From Coraliomargarita sp. (lineage in GTDB: Bacteria; Verrucomicrobiota; Verrucomicrobiia; Opitutales; UBA953), in NCBI GenBank assembly GCA_024638885.1, contig JAHEJL010000009.1:5966-69965 (forward strand): a stretch of 64,000 nucleotides of DNA. Direction: 5' to 3'. The notes beneath the pieces are model-generated. The model was not told the origin of the DNA. It worked only from the letters and a program-made list of their open reading frames with translations, and did not search any database. A program made the translations under genes and the position numbers. Positions 8,434-17,388 of this stretch are shown piece after piece. Within the stretch, counting starts at the first letter, position 1. Every line of letters begins with the position of its first letter.

Positions 8434-9981
8434 ATGGCACTCACTCCCTTTAAGAGCAAACTCATCGCCGACGTCGGCATCAGCATGGGAGACGAAGGCA
8501 AGGGCCGACTCATCCCCGAGATCGTCCGCGAACTGCAGACCCTTACCGGCCGCCGCGACGTGGTCGGCACGGTGCTGAAGGTCAACGGCGGCGCGAACTC
8601 CGGCCACACGGTCGCCGGCCTGAAGCTCAACCTGCTGCCCGGCGGAGTGGCCGAGCACGACGTGGCCTGCCTCGCCCTCGGTTCCGGCGTCGTCGCCGAC
8701 CCGCGCAAGGCCCTCTGGGAAGCGCTGCCCCTCGAGAAGATCGGCATCCCGGTCCTCAACCGCCTCCTCATCGACGAGCGCTGCATGATCAGCGACGTCT
8801 CCCACCGCATCCTCGACCTCGCCTGGGAAGACTACCGCATCAACGTCCTCGGCCACGAAGCCCGCGGCTCCACCGGCCGCGGCATCACGCCCGCGTATGC
8901 CGACGAAGTCGGCCAGTTCCAGATCCACTACTCCGAGTTCCTCGGCGCGAAGTCCGACTACGCCACGCGCCTCTCGGCCCGCCTCGACCGCGCCGCTTCG
9001 ATCGTGCGCGACGTCTGCAAGCTTGCGCCCGACAAGTGGGCCGGCCTCTTCGCCAAGCTCACCGAAGCCGAGCTGCGTGCCAACAAGGGCGCCATCGAGT
9101 CCGGCGTCTTCGCGGCCGCCGAGTTCGACTTCACCCGCTTCGCCGGCAAGGAGCCCTTCACCTTCGACCACGCCGCCGTGCTCGACTGCTACTGGCAGGC
9201 CGGCGCCGCCCTCGCCCACGCCATCGGCGACGTCCGTGAGCGCATCCTCGGCGACCTCGCCGCCGACCGCCGCATCATCGGCGAGTTCGGCCAGGCCTAC
9301 TGGCTCGACAAGCGCGCAGGCTTCGCGCCGAACGTCACCGCCTCCCACACCTACACGCCGGAGTTCTTCCAGTCCGCCGGCATCCCGGTCCAGGCGATCC
9401 ATACGGTCGGTTGCTGCAAGGCCTACGACACCAAGGTCGGCACCCACGTCTTCCTGACGAAGATGCCCGAGGAGCACCCGCTCCAGCGCGCCCTCGCCAA
9501 GCTCGAGTTCGGCACCAGCACCGGCCGCCAGCGCATGGTCGGCTGGTCCGACCTCGTCGAGAAGGCCGACGCCCTCCGCTACGGCGGCTACGACGACATC
9601 GTCCTCAACAAGCTCGACGCCCTCTCGCCGCACGGCGAATGGAAGGGCGGCGACCTGCTCGTCTGCACGGGTTACCGCGACGCGGCCGGCAAGGTCGTCT
9701 CGGGCGTCCCCCGCAACGACGCCGTGCGTCGCACGCTGCAGCCCATCTACGCCACCCTGCCGGGCTGGACGGCCGACATCACCAAGGTCCGCTCCTACGC
9801 CCAGCTGCCCGCCGAAGCGCGCCGTTACGTCGCCTTCACGATGGCGGAGATCGTCCGCCTGGCCTCCCGCGGCGGCTCCCTGCCCTACCTCCCGAACCTC
9901 CGCTACATCGGCGTCGGTCCGGACCCTGATCAGATCATCTCGGACGTCCCCGCGACGGCCGACCTGATCAAGCAGGCGTAA
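8434..9981 (+). CDS. purA: Adenylosuccinate synthase, divergent long form (515 aa)
   Basis: [51 protein letters not shown] and PGW blocks are collinear with PurA. Confidence 0.75.
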   Translation: MALTPFKSKLIADVGISMGDEGKGRLIPEIVRELQTLTGRRDVVGTVLKVNGGANSGHTVAGLKLNLLPGGVAEHDVACLALGSGVVADPRKALWEALPLEKIGIPVLNRLLIDERCMISDVSHRILDLAWEDYRINVLGHEARGSTGRGITPAYADEVGQFQIHYSEFLGAKSDYATRLSARLDRAASIVRDVCKLAPDKWAGLFAKLTEAELRANKGAIESGVFAAAEFDFTRFAGKEPFTFDHAAVLDCYWQAGAALAHAIGDVRERILGDLAADRRIIGEFGQAYWLDKRAGFAPNVTASHTYTPEFFQSAGIPVQAIHTVGCCKAYDTKVGTHVFLTKMPEEHPLQRALAKLEFGTSTGRQRMVGWSDLVEKADALRYGGYDDIVLNKLDALSPHGEWKGGDLLVCTGYRDAAGKVVSGVPRNDAVRRTLQPIYATLPGWTADITKVRSYAQLPAEARRYVAFTMAEIVRLASRGGSLPYLPNLRYIGVGPDPDQIISDVPATADLIKQA

Positions 9982-9983
9982 GG

Positions 9984-11384
9984 TCAGAGCAACGTGCCGC
10001 GCAGGACCAAGGCGGCGACGACGAAGTAGATCACGAGCCCGGTGACGTCCACGATGGTCGCCACGAAGGGAGCGGCCGCCTTGGCGGGATCGAAGCCGAG
10101 CCGGCGCAGGATGAACGGGAGCATGGCGCCCGACAGGCTGCCCCAGAGCACGACGCCGACCAAGGAAAGGAAGATCACGAAGCCGATCAGCACCCAGTGC
10201 GGGCCGTAGCCGTATTCCTGACCGCAGAGCGACGGGAAGAACTCGTGCCAGATGGCGATGCGGGCGAAACCGATGACGCCGAGGATGAGGCCGAGGGTCA
10301 GGCCGCTCATGACTTCGCGACGGAAGACACGGAACCAGTCACGGAGCGTCACCTCGGACAATGCCATCGCGCGGATGACCAGGGCCGAGGACTGGGAGCC
10401 GGAATTGCCCCCGGAAGAGATGATGAGCGGCAGGAACAGCGAAAGCACCACGGCCCGCTGGATCTCGCCTTCGAAGAAGCCCATCGCGGTCGCGGTGAAC
10501 ATCTCCCCGACGAACAGGATGACGAGCCAGCCGGCCCGTTGGCGGACCAGCTGCATCAACGGGGTCTCGAGCAAGGGCTCATCGGGCACTTCCGCGCCGC
10601 CGAGCAACGCGATGTCGCGCGCGGCCTCCTCCGTCGCGGTCTCCAGCACATCATCGACGGTGACGATGCCAAGGACCTTCTGGTCGGCGTTGACGACCGG
10701 GATGATCGTCCGGGCATGCCGCCGGAACATGGCCAAGGCGTCCGCCCGCGTGGCGGCCACCTTCAGGAACAGGGGCGGCGCCGCGGGAAGCTCCGACACC
10801 TTGATCGCGGGGTCCGCGCGGAAGATGTCTCGGATCCGATGGACGCCCACAAGGCGACCGTCGCCGTCCACGGAGCAGACGACATGGACATAATAGACCT
10901 CCTTGGCCCGGTCACGCACATGGTCGAGGGCCTGCTGCACGGTCCACTCGCGCCCGAGGGTCACGAAACTGGTCGTCATCATGCGACCCACGCTGTCCTT
11001 AGGATAACCGAGCAGCTGTACGGCGATCCGCTGCTGGGCCGGATCGAGCAGGCCCAGGAGCCGGACGGCATGCTCGGGACACTCCTCCAGGAAAGCCGTG
11101 CGGTCGTCGTCCGACATCGCGTTCAGGATGTCCGCGGCCTCGTTGACCCCGAGCGAGCGGATCAGCGCCTCCTGGGCGTCGGAGTCCATATAACCGAAGA
11201 TCTCGGAGGCGTCGGACTTCGGCAGCAGCCGGAAACTCACGGCCATCTGCACGGGGTCCAGCTGTCGGAAAAGCTCCGCGGCATCGGCGTGCGGCAGTTC
11301 GAGCACCAGCTTGCGCAAGGCGGCGAAGTCACGCTTTTCGACAAGGATGCTGATATCCTCGATGTGCTTTGGATTTGCAGACAT
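9984..11384 (-). CDS. mgtE: Magnesium transporter MgtE
   Basis: MgtE_N helical domain, CBS pair, and C-terminal 5-TM domain with LPLIISSGGNSGSQS and FVATIVDVTGL motifs. Confidence 0.9.
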   Translation of the reverse strand: MSANPKHIEDISILVEKRDFAALRKLVLELPHADAAELFRQLDPVQMAVSFRLLPKSDASEIFGYMDSDAQEALIRSLGVNEAADILNAMSDDDRTAFLEECPEHAVRLLGLLDPAQQRIAVQLLGYPKDSVGRMMTTSFVTLGREWTVQQALDHVRDRAKEVYYVHVVCSVDGDGRLVGVHRIRDIFRADPAIKVSELPAAPPLFLKVAATRADALAMFRRHARTIIPVVNADQKVLGIVTVDDVLETATEEAARDIALLGGAEVPDEPLLETPLMQLVRQRAGWLVILFVGEMFTATAMGFFEGEIQRAVVLSLFLPLIISSGGNSGSQSSALVIRAMALSEVTLRDWFRVFRREVMSGLTLGLILGVIGFARIAIWHEFFPSLCGQEYGYGPHWVLIGFVIFLSLVGVVLWGSLSGAMLPFILRRLGFDPAKAAAPFVATIVDVTGLVIYFVVAALVLRGTLL

Positions 11385-11430
11385 CGTCCCCCATCCTCAT
11401 CCCAATGGACGCCCGCGGCAACCTTAACCG

Positions 11431-11769
11431 ATGTCTTCCCTGGAACATAACTTCGCGATTCCGCTCTGGGCCCTGGTCGACCAGTCCAAGGTCGAGGCGG
11501 GCAAGTCCGACATGCGCGGCCTGGCCAAGGAGCTCGGCAAGTGGCTGGCCCACAACTTCGACGTCGACCACAAGGGCGTGGCCATCGAGGAGCCCTCGGG
11601 CACCGAACCCGGCGCGATGCCGATGTTCGTCGTCGCCGGCGTCCGCCAGGACCAGTGGCACGTGATGGTCGCCCTCGCCCAGTCCCGCGCCTGCCAGCTC
11701 TTCGTGGTCCTGCCGACCGAAAGCGGCGCCTTCCGCCTCCAGGCGTTGAACGTACCGAAGCCGGAGTGA
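11431..11769 (+). CDS. Hypothetical protein (112 aa)
   Basis: Strong GC3 bias in frame. No recognisable motif. The stop abuts the stop of the convergent HDAC-family gene. Confidence 0.55.
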   Translation: MSSLEHNFAIPLWALVDQSKVEAGKSDMRGLAKELGKWLAHNFDVDHKGVAIEEPSGTEPGAMPMFVVAGVRQDQWHVMVALAQSRACQLFVVLPTESGAFRLQALNVPKPE

Positions 11770-12639
11770 TCAGCCGGCGAAGGCCTTCACGGTCTCGAGG
11801 TGCAATTCGGCGATCTGCTCCAAGGTGAGCCCGCCCCACTTGTAACCGCCGGCCAAGGCGAAGACATGCGGGATCTTACGCGCCCGCGCCCATTGGACGA
11901 CGAGCTTCTCGCGCTTGCGGATGATGTCCTTGGTGATGCCCTTCATGCCGCCGGCCTTCTCATAGGTGTCCATGCCGGCGTTATAGATCAGGAAATCCAC
12001 CTTCTCCAACGCATACAGGGCGTCTTCGACATGGCCGAGGTAGCCACGAGCGTCGTCCACTTCGACGTAGAAATGCCGCTCCGGATGCGTCGGCTCCCAG
12101 GAGTCGAAGCTGTTGACGGTGACGTCGGCCAGGTAGACGCGCTCATGGTCGCCGAGGATGTCGAACGTCCCTCCGCCGGCATGGGCGTCGAGATCGAGGA
12201 TGCCGACGGTCTTCACCTTCTTGAGCGCCTCAAGCGCCGCCAAGGCGAGTCCGTTGAACTGGCAGAAACCATTGCCGGCGTTGCGCCGGGCATGATGCAA
12301 CCCGCTGGAGAGACTGCCTGAGCGTCCGTTCTGCAAGGCCTCCTTCACCGCGTCGCGCATGCCACCGGTCGAGGCGAGGATGCTGTCCAGCAGCGGCTGG
12401 GACCACGCGCCGACCTCCAGGAAGCTTTGCTTGTCCTCGAACGTGCTGCGCACGTGCTCGGGCGAATGGATACGTTCGAGCTCCTTGCGGGTCGCCGGCT
12501 TGGGCGCCTCCAGCCAGACCTCACCGGCCTTGCCCGCTTCGATCATCTCCGCCACGAGTTTGGCTTTCGTCACCGTCTCGGTCTTCCCTTCGACGACATA
12601 AGCGGGGCTGTAGTAGACGGTGAGCGGCGGCTGCGACAT
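11770..12639 (-). CDS. Zn-dependent histone deacetylase/AcuC/AphA-family deacylase, short form (289 aa)
   Basis: SGLHHARRNAGNGFCQFN (HH pair, GFC), ILDLDAHAGGG (DxDxH metal ligands), YNAGMD and LAGGY. I chose the ATG at 12639 (MSQPPL...); the listed extension to 12771 would overlap the divergent gene. Confidence 0.8.
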   Translation of the reverse strand: MSQPPLTVYYSPAYVVEGKTETVTKAKLVAEMIEAGKAGEVWLEAPKPATRKELERIHSPEHVRSTFEDKQSFLEVGAWSQPLLDSILASTGGMRDAVKEALQNGRSGSLSSGLHHARRNAGNGFCQFNGLALAALEALKKVKTVGILDLDAHAGGGTFDILGDHERVYLADVTVNSFDSWEPTHPERHFYVEVDDARGYLGHVEDALYALEKVDFLIYNAGMDTYEKAGGMKGITKDIIRKREKLVVQWARARKIPHVFALAGGYKWGGLTLEQIAELHLETVKAFAG

Positions 12640-12746
12640 GCCACCGTTATGCCCGGTCCGGCCCCTTGGGTCAAATCGCCGGCCTGTCATAGGTTGCAGG
12701 CTGGCCTCGGCCGCCCGAAGCCCCATCCTGAGCCTGTCCTGCCGCC

Positions 12747-13592
12747 ATGCCTTTCGACCCAAAGATTCCACGAGAACTCGCTAATAAACTAGGCCGGGAG
12801 GCGATGCAGGTGATCGAACTGGGCCTCTACGCCACCCCGACGAGCCGCCAAGTGGACATCGCGGCCGACATCGCCTCAGCCGTGGCGCGGACCACCCACC
12901 TCCCGCCCGACCATCGCCACACCTTCCCACGCACCGGCGAGCACGACACCGTCGTCGAAGTCACCGAAGGAACCTCCCTGGCGGCCGCCCGCCGCCACGT
13001 CGACGCCGGCCTGCGCTCCGTGGTGCTGAACTTCGCCTCGCCGACCGTCCCGGGCGGCGGCTTCCTCGCCGGCGAACGCGCCCAGGAGGAATACCATTGC
13101 CGCTCCTCCGCGCTCTTCGCCTGCCAGCTCAACGGCCCGATGTACGCGTTCCACCTGCAGCAGGCCAACGCGCTCCGTTCCGACGCGATGATCTACTCGC
13201 CGGACGTGCCGGTCTTCCGCGACGACGAGCACCGCATGCTGGAGCAGCCGTTCAAGGTCGCCTTCATCTCGGCCGCGGCCTGCGACGCCCGCGACGTCGC
13301 CCCGCTCGACCAGCCGAAGATTCCCGGGGCCATGGGCGCCCGCATCGTCAAGGTCCTCGCCGCCGCGCAGGCCAACGGCCATGACGCCCTCGTCCTCGGC
13401 GCCTGGGGCTGCGGCAACTTCGCCAACGACCCCGCCCTCATCGCCGACCTGTTCCGCCAAGCCCTCGACGGCCCCTTCAAGGGCGCCTTCCGCCGCGTGA
13501 CCTTCGCGATCATCGACACGACCTCGGACCAGCGCTGCCTGAACCAGTTCCGGCTCGCGCTGGCCCAGAAGGCCTCGCCGTCGTACAATTGA
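12747..13592 (+). CDS. Bacterial-type poly(ADP-ribose) glycohydrolase-like macrodomain protein (TIGR02452/DUF2263)
   Basis: VVLNFASPTVPGGGFLAGERAQEE carries the PARG signature GGG-x6-8-QEE. LVLGAWGCGNFANDP is also characteristic. Confidence 0.85.
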   Translation: MPFDPKIPRELANKLGREAMQVIELGLYATPTSRQVDIAADIASAVARTTHLPPDHRHTFPRTGEHDTVVEVTEGTSLAAARRHVDAGLRSVVLNFASPTVPGGGFLAGERAQEEYHCRSSALFACQLNGPMYAFHLQQANALRSDAMIYSPDVPVFRDDEHRMLEQPFKVAFISAAACDARDVAPLDQPKIPGAMGARIVKVLAAAQANGHDALVLGAWGCGNFANDPALIADLFRQALDGPFKGAFRRVTFAIIDTTSDQRCLNQFRLALAQKASPSYN

Positions 13593-13595
13593 ACC

Positions 13596-14864
13596 TCAGC
13601 CCTTGGCCTGTTTGACCAGGCGACGCAGGATCACGGCCGCCTCCGCCTGCCCTTCCGGGAAGAAGAATACGACGTCGCCACCGGTATCCTTGTCGATCTC
13701 GATGGCGTTGTTGTAGACGGTCACGTCGAGGATCTTGGCGTACTTGAAGTTGAGGCTCTTGACGCTACCGGAGAAGATGACGCGCTTGGAAGTGAAGACC
13801 AGGATGCCCGAATCGACCTTTTCGAGACGCTGCTCGGTCTGACGTTCGACCTCATAGGAACCGGTCCGATAGCGCAAAGGCCCCCAGATCTTGATGCTCG
13901 TGCCAAAGCCCCCGTAGCTGCGGCGGGTGGTGACCCGACGATTCAGGCCAAGTTCTACCTGCCGCGTCCAGAAGCAGCCCTCGGAACCAAGGTCCAGCTG
14001 ACATGGAACCTCGTGCAGAGGCGCGCGGGAAAGCGTCCATAGCTTCTGGGCCCCCGCGACACGCGACTGCGTCCTCTCGTCGAGGGTCAGACTGATGTCC
14101 ATCCGCTTGATCTCGGCCGCGAAGGCCTGATAGGCCGCCGGATCCATGGCCTCGCCGGCGTCTTCCTGCTGCATGAGCGCCTTGATGCGCTGGTCGAAGT
14201 ACGACTGGAAGGCCTGGCCGAAGGTCTCCTTCACCTTCGCCTCGGAAAGCGGGACCTCTTTGCCAAGCAGGTCGATCTGCTGGCGTTTCTGTTCCGGCGG
14301 GATGTCCCGCATCAGGACGGTGAGCATGCCGATACGGCAATAACTGGCGAACGCCTCGCCATGGATCTCCTCCGCCTCCGTCGCACCGAGTCCGAAGGCG
14401 CGAGCGAGGTTCCCCAAGTTGGCTTTTTCATCGGGCGCGAAATAGCGGTCGGACAGATAAGCCTCGAAGGCCTGGCGATACCACTTGATCAGGTCGCTGC
14501 GGCAACGCTTACGGATGGGAAAACCCACCTTAGCGTCCAACTCGGCCCAATCGTCCTCCGAAAGGAAACATTCGAGCGGAGCGACCGACAACTTATCCCA
14601 GACCGCCAACAGGCCGGCCTGATAACTCTGGCGACCCAGGATACCGTCGAAAAGATTGGCGTCCTTTTCCGGCGGGCGGGCAAAAGGCAGGACGCGGACG
14701 GGCGCCGGCAACGCGGCCAGCGTCTGCCATTCGGCCATGCCAGGCTTCCAATAATGGTCGGTCGGGCGCAAGTCGCCCGCGGCGAGCTTGGCGCGGACGA
14801 CTTCCAGCGGATAAGCGCCAATCTCGGCCCCGGCCCTGGCGATATGGATCTGTTCGGCGGACAT
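13596..14864 (-). CDS. GYF_2-domain protein with a C-terminal PH-like beta-rich module, function unknown
   Basis: The N-terminus IHIARAGAEIGAYPLEVVRAKLAAGDLRPTDHYWKPGMAEWQTL is GYF_2-like. The middle is helical. The C-terminus (ILVFTSKRVIFSG...IEIDKDTGGDVVFFF) looks like a bacterial PH domain. The ATG at 14864 leaves a 4-nt gap to the upstream stop. Confidence 0.6.
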   Translation of the reverse strand: MSAEQIHIARAGAEIGAYPLEVVRAKLAAGDLRPTDHYWKPGMAEWQTLAALPAPVRVLPFARPPEKDANLFDGILGRQSYQAGLLAVWDKLSVAPLECFLSEDDWAELDAKVGFPIRKRCRSDLIKWYRQAFEAYLSDRYFAPDEKANLGNLARAFGLGATEAEEIHGEAFASYCRIGMLTVLMRDIPPEQKRQQIDLLGKEVPLSEAKVKETFGQAFQSYFDQRIKALMQQEDAGEAMDPAAYQAFAAEIKRMDISLTLDERTQSRVAGAQKLWTLSRAPLHEVPCQLDLGSEGCFWTRQVELGLNRRVTTRRSYGGFGTSIKIWGPLRYRTGSYEVERQTEQRLEKVDSGILVFTSKRVIFSGSVKSLNFKYAKILDVTVYNNAIEIDKDTGGDVVFFFPEGQAEAAVILRRLVKQAKG

Positions 14865-14868
14865 GGTC

Positions 14869-15690
14869 TTACTTGGCGAGACGGGCGAGGATGGCTTCGC
14901 CGACCTTGGCTCCGAGGAAGTCATAGCCTTCGCCCTTGAAGTGGACGTCGTTGGGATTCTGCAGTTCGGCGAGCCGCGGGGTGATCGCGCCGAACAGGTC
15001 GTCGGTCGGGATGCCGTGCTTCTTCATCACCTCGGCCGCGAGGGCGTTCTTCTCCACGATCGACTGCGCGGTCTGCTTCTGGGCCGCATTGTCCGGGATC
15101 GGCGTGGTGCTCGCCCAGATGAGCTTGGCGCCGGTCTGCTCGAGACGGCCGACGATTTCTTCGAGTCGCTTGACGTAGTCGGCGGCAGGGGTCGCCCGGT
15201 CATGGATGCCGAAATTAAAATGGATGACGTCCCACTTCCCGGCGCCGAGCCAGACGTCGAGGTTCTTGAGGCCGGAAGCGGTCGGCCCGCAGTTGGCCGG
15301 AGCGCGGTGGACATTGGCCTTGCCGGCCAGTACCTGGCGGGTCGGCTGGGTGTAGCCGCGCGAGACGGAGTCGCCGATCAGCAGCACGCGCGGGAGCTTC
15401 GGGTCGTCCTGCACGAAGTCCCAGGCGTTGGACTTACCCGCGATCTTATCCCGCTTGTGGAGCGGCAGGTAGAAGCTGCCGAGCTGCCCCTGCAGGACCT
15501 TCTCCCAGGCCTGCGCCTCGGGGGAGAGCTTCGCGACCCAGGCCTGATAACGCTCGTCGATGACCTTCTCCTGCGCGGCTTTCTTGGCCGCCTGGGCCGC
15601 CGCTTCCGCGGCGTTCGTCGGCTCGCCCTTCGGCGGCTCGGCGGCGAGCAAAGCGGCAGACAGACAGAGCAAGGCAAGCAAGGGCTTCAT
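14869..15690 (-). CDS. Secreted SGNH/GDSL hydrolase (carbohydrate esterase-like)
   Basis: Signal peptide MKPLLALLCLSAALLAA. LLIGDSVSRGY (block I), HFNFGIHD (block III), NDVHF (block V DxxH). Confidence 0.8.
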   Translation of the reverse strand: MKPLLALLCLSAALLAAEPPKGEPTNAAEAAAQAAKKAAQEKVIDERYQAWVAKLSPEAQAWEKVLQGQLGSFYLPLHKRDKIAGKSNAWDFVQDDPKLPRVLLIGDSVSRGYTQPTRQVLAGKANVHRAPANCGPTASGLKNLDVWLGAGKWDVIHFNFGIHDRATPAADYVKRLEEIVGRLEQTGAKLIWASTTPIPDNAAQKQTAQSIVEKNALAAEVMKKHGIPTDDLFGAITPRLAELQNPNDVHFKGEGYDFLGAKVGEAILARLAK

Positions 15691-15728
15691 GGCGGGGTAT
15701 GCCGATGCAATCACCCCACGCCCGTCCT

Positions 15729-16451
15729 TCAAGCCGTCACTGCGGCCAAGGCCTGCGCGAGCAACCGGCGACGGTGTCCGTAAGTCCGGCGAGCGGCCTC
15801 AGCCGAAGCCGCCTGCAAAAGCGCGACTCCGTCAGGCCCGTTCGCCGCCCGGACGAACTCCGCGTCTTCCTCCGCCCACACGCAGGCGGTCGGGCCGTCG
15901 ATCTCCGGATGGAACTGCATGCCGAACGAACGGCCCAGACGGAACATCTGCACCGGACAGACCGGCGTCGACGCCAACAAGGTCGCCCCGGCGGGCAAGG
16001 CACAGCCGTCACCATGCCAATGGAGGACTTCGATGCTCGCGGGCAGCCCGCGCGTGATCGCGTCCGTCCCAACGAAATCCAATCGCCCCCAACCGACCTC
16101 ACGGAGGCGGCGTCCGTCGGCGTCGGTCATCGGGACGACCTTCGCCCCGGCGGCATGGGCGATCAGCTGCATGCCCAAGCAGATCCCGACGTTGGGCCAG
16201 TCCTTGGCCAGCCGAGCACGGAGGAGCGCGACGACGGGCGCCAACCACGGAAACTCCGGCTGGCCGATGTCCGCCACGCCCATCGGCCCGCCCATGACGA
16301 CCAGGACGTCCTCCGCCCCCAGCTCGGCGGGCAACGGCTCTCCCTTGAAGGCTTCGACGACCTCGACCTGGTAACCCGCCGCGGCCAGCAGTTCGCCCAA
16401 CATGCCCGGACCTTCGTGCGGAACGTTGGTGAGACAGACGGCGCGAGGCAT
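15729..16451 (-). CDS. Class I glutamine amidotransferase-like protein (GATase1)
   Basis: GICLGMQL nucleophile elbow, HWHGD, 240 aa. Confidence 0.75.
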   Translation of the reverse strand: MPRAVCLTNVPHEGPGMLGELLAAAGYQVEVVEAFKGEPLPAELGAEDVLVVMGGPMGVADIGQPEFPWLAPVVALLRARLAKDWPNVGICLGMQLIAHAAGAKVVPMTDADGRRLREVGWGRLDFVGTDAITRGLPASIEVLHWHGDGCALPAGATLLASTPVCPVQMFRLGRSFGMQFHPEIDGPTACVWAEEDAEFVRAANGPDGVALLQAASAEAARRTYGHRRRLLAQALAAVTA

Positions 16452-16584
16452 CTTGCCGACGATGGTCTCGCCCTCCCAAATCCTGGCAAGCCCGCAGGAG
16501 TCGTGGCATCAGATTGCCGACTTTCGGTCAGACCTCGCCCTTAGGACAAAGTGTGGTTTGGACAAAAGCCTGCCGTGTCGTTTT

Positions 16585-17379
16585 GTGGACAGACTGAACC
16601 ACGCAGGCACATCCGTCCGCTTACCCGAAGCCATCGCCCAGGCCTTGGCGGAGGTCCGTAGCACCGTGTCGCCGCACCTGAGTTTCACGGCCCCGCCCCT
16701 CGCGACCGGCTGCGCGCTCGAACGTTATGATTTCATCGGGCCGAAGGCGGCCCACGACTTCATCCGCATCGGCCTCTTCACCGGCATCCATGGCGACGAG
16801 CCGGCCGGCCCCATCGCCGCCACTCGGCTGCTCGCCCAGCTCATCCGGCAGCCGCACCTCGCGACCGGCTATCACCTGACGGTCTACCCGACGATCAACC
16901 CACACGGCCTCGCGGCCGGCACCCGTCACGACGAGGCCGGCTTCGACCTGAACCGCGAGTTCTGGAAGGAGTCTTCCCGCCCGGTGGTGAAGCTCCTCGA
17001 GCAGGAACTCCGCGCCGCCCGCTTCCAAGGCATCATCGCCCTCCACGCCGATGACACCTGCGAAGGCCTTTACGGCTACGCCCACGGCCGCCTGCTGAAC
17101 GAAGAGCTGCTCCGCCCTGCCCTCCGCGCGTCCGGCCAGCACCTGCCGATGGACCAACGCCCGCTCATCGACGGCTTCGCGGCGGACGAAGGCGTCATCC
17201 ACTTCTGCTTCCCGGGCGTGCTCTCGGCGCCGGCGGACCAGCACCCGGCGCCGTTCGACATCATCCTCGAGACGCCGGCCAAGGCGCCGGACGACCTGCA
17301 GGCCGCCGCGATGGTCGACGGCGTGCTGGCGATCCTGGCGGAGTACCGTCGCTTCATCGCCTTCGGCGGCGATCTCTGA
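16585..17379 (+). CDS. M14 / succinylglutamate desuccinylase-aspartoacylase family zinc hydrolase (start uncertain; ATG 16462 is the alternative)
   Basis: GIHGDEPAG, INPHG and FDLNREF are M14/AstE-AspA motifs. Codons between 16462 and ~16590 (agg, aca, ggt, ttg, aaa, cgt, ttt, aga) are atypical for this genome, so I prefer GTG 16585. Confidence 0.6.
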   Translation: MDRLNHAGTSVRLPEAIAQALAEVRSTVSPHLSFTAPPLATGCALERYDFIGPKAAHDFIRIGLFTGIHGDEPAGPIAATRLLAQLIRQPHLATGYHLTVYPTINPHGLAAGTRHDEAGFDLNREFWKESSRPVVKLLEQELRAARFQGIIALHADDTCEGLYGYAHGRLLNEELLRPALRASGQHLPMDQRPLIDGFAADEGVIHFCFPGVLSAPADQHPAPFDIILETPAKAPDDLQAAAMVDGVLAILAEYRRFIAFGGDL

Positions 17380-17388
17380 GCCGTCGGC

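Noticed and set aside
6934-9633. 899-aa ORF on the minus strand spanning the TPR and purA genes
   Set aside because: The translation is low-complexity G/A/E/V/L/D-rich with no motifs. It is exactly antisense to two genes with clear family signatures. This is a typical stop-codon-poor antisense frame in high-G+C DNA.
11385-11430. Expected M-box (Mg2+) riboswitch upstream of mgtE
   Set aside because: Only 46 nt separate mgtE from the divergent, clearly coding 112-aa gene. That is far too short for an M-box, and no conserved M-box elements were seen. The leader instead has a purine-rich SD.
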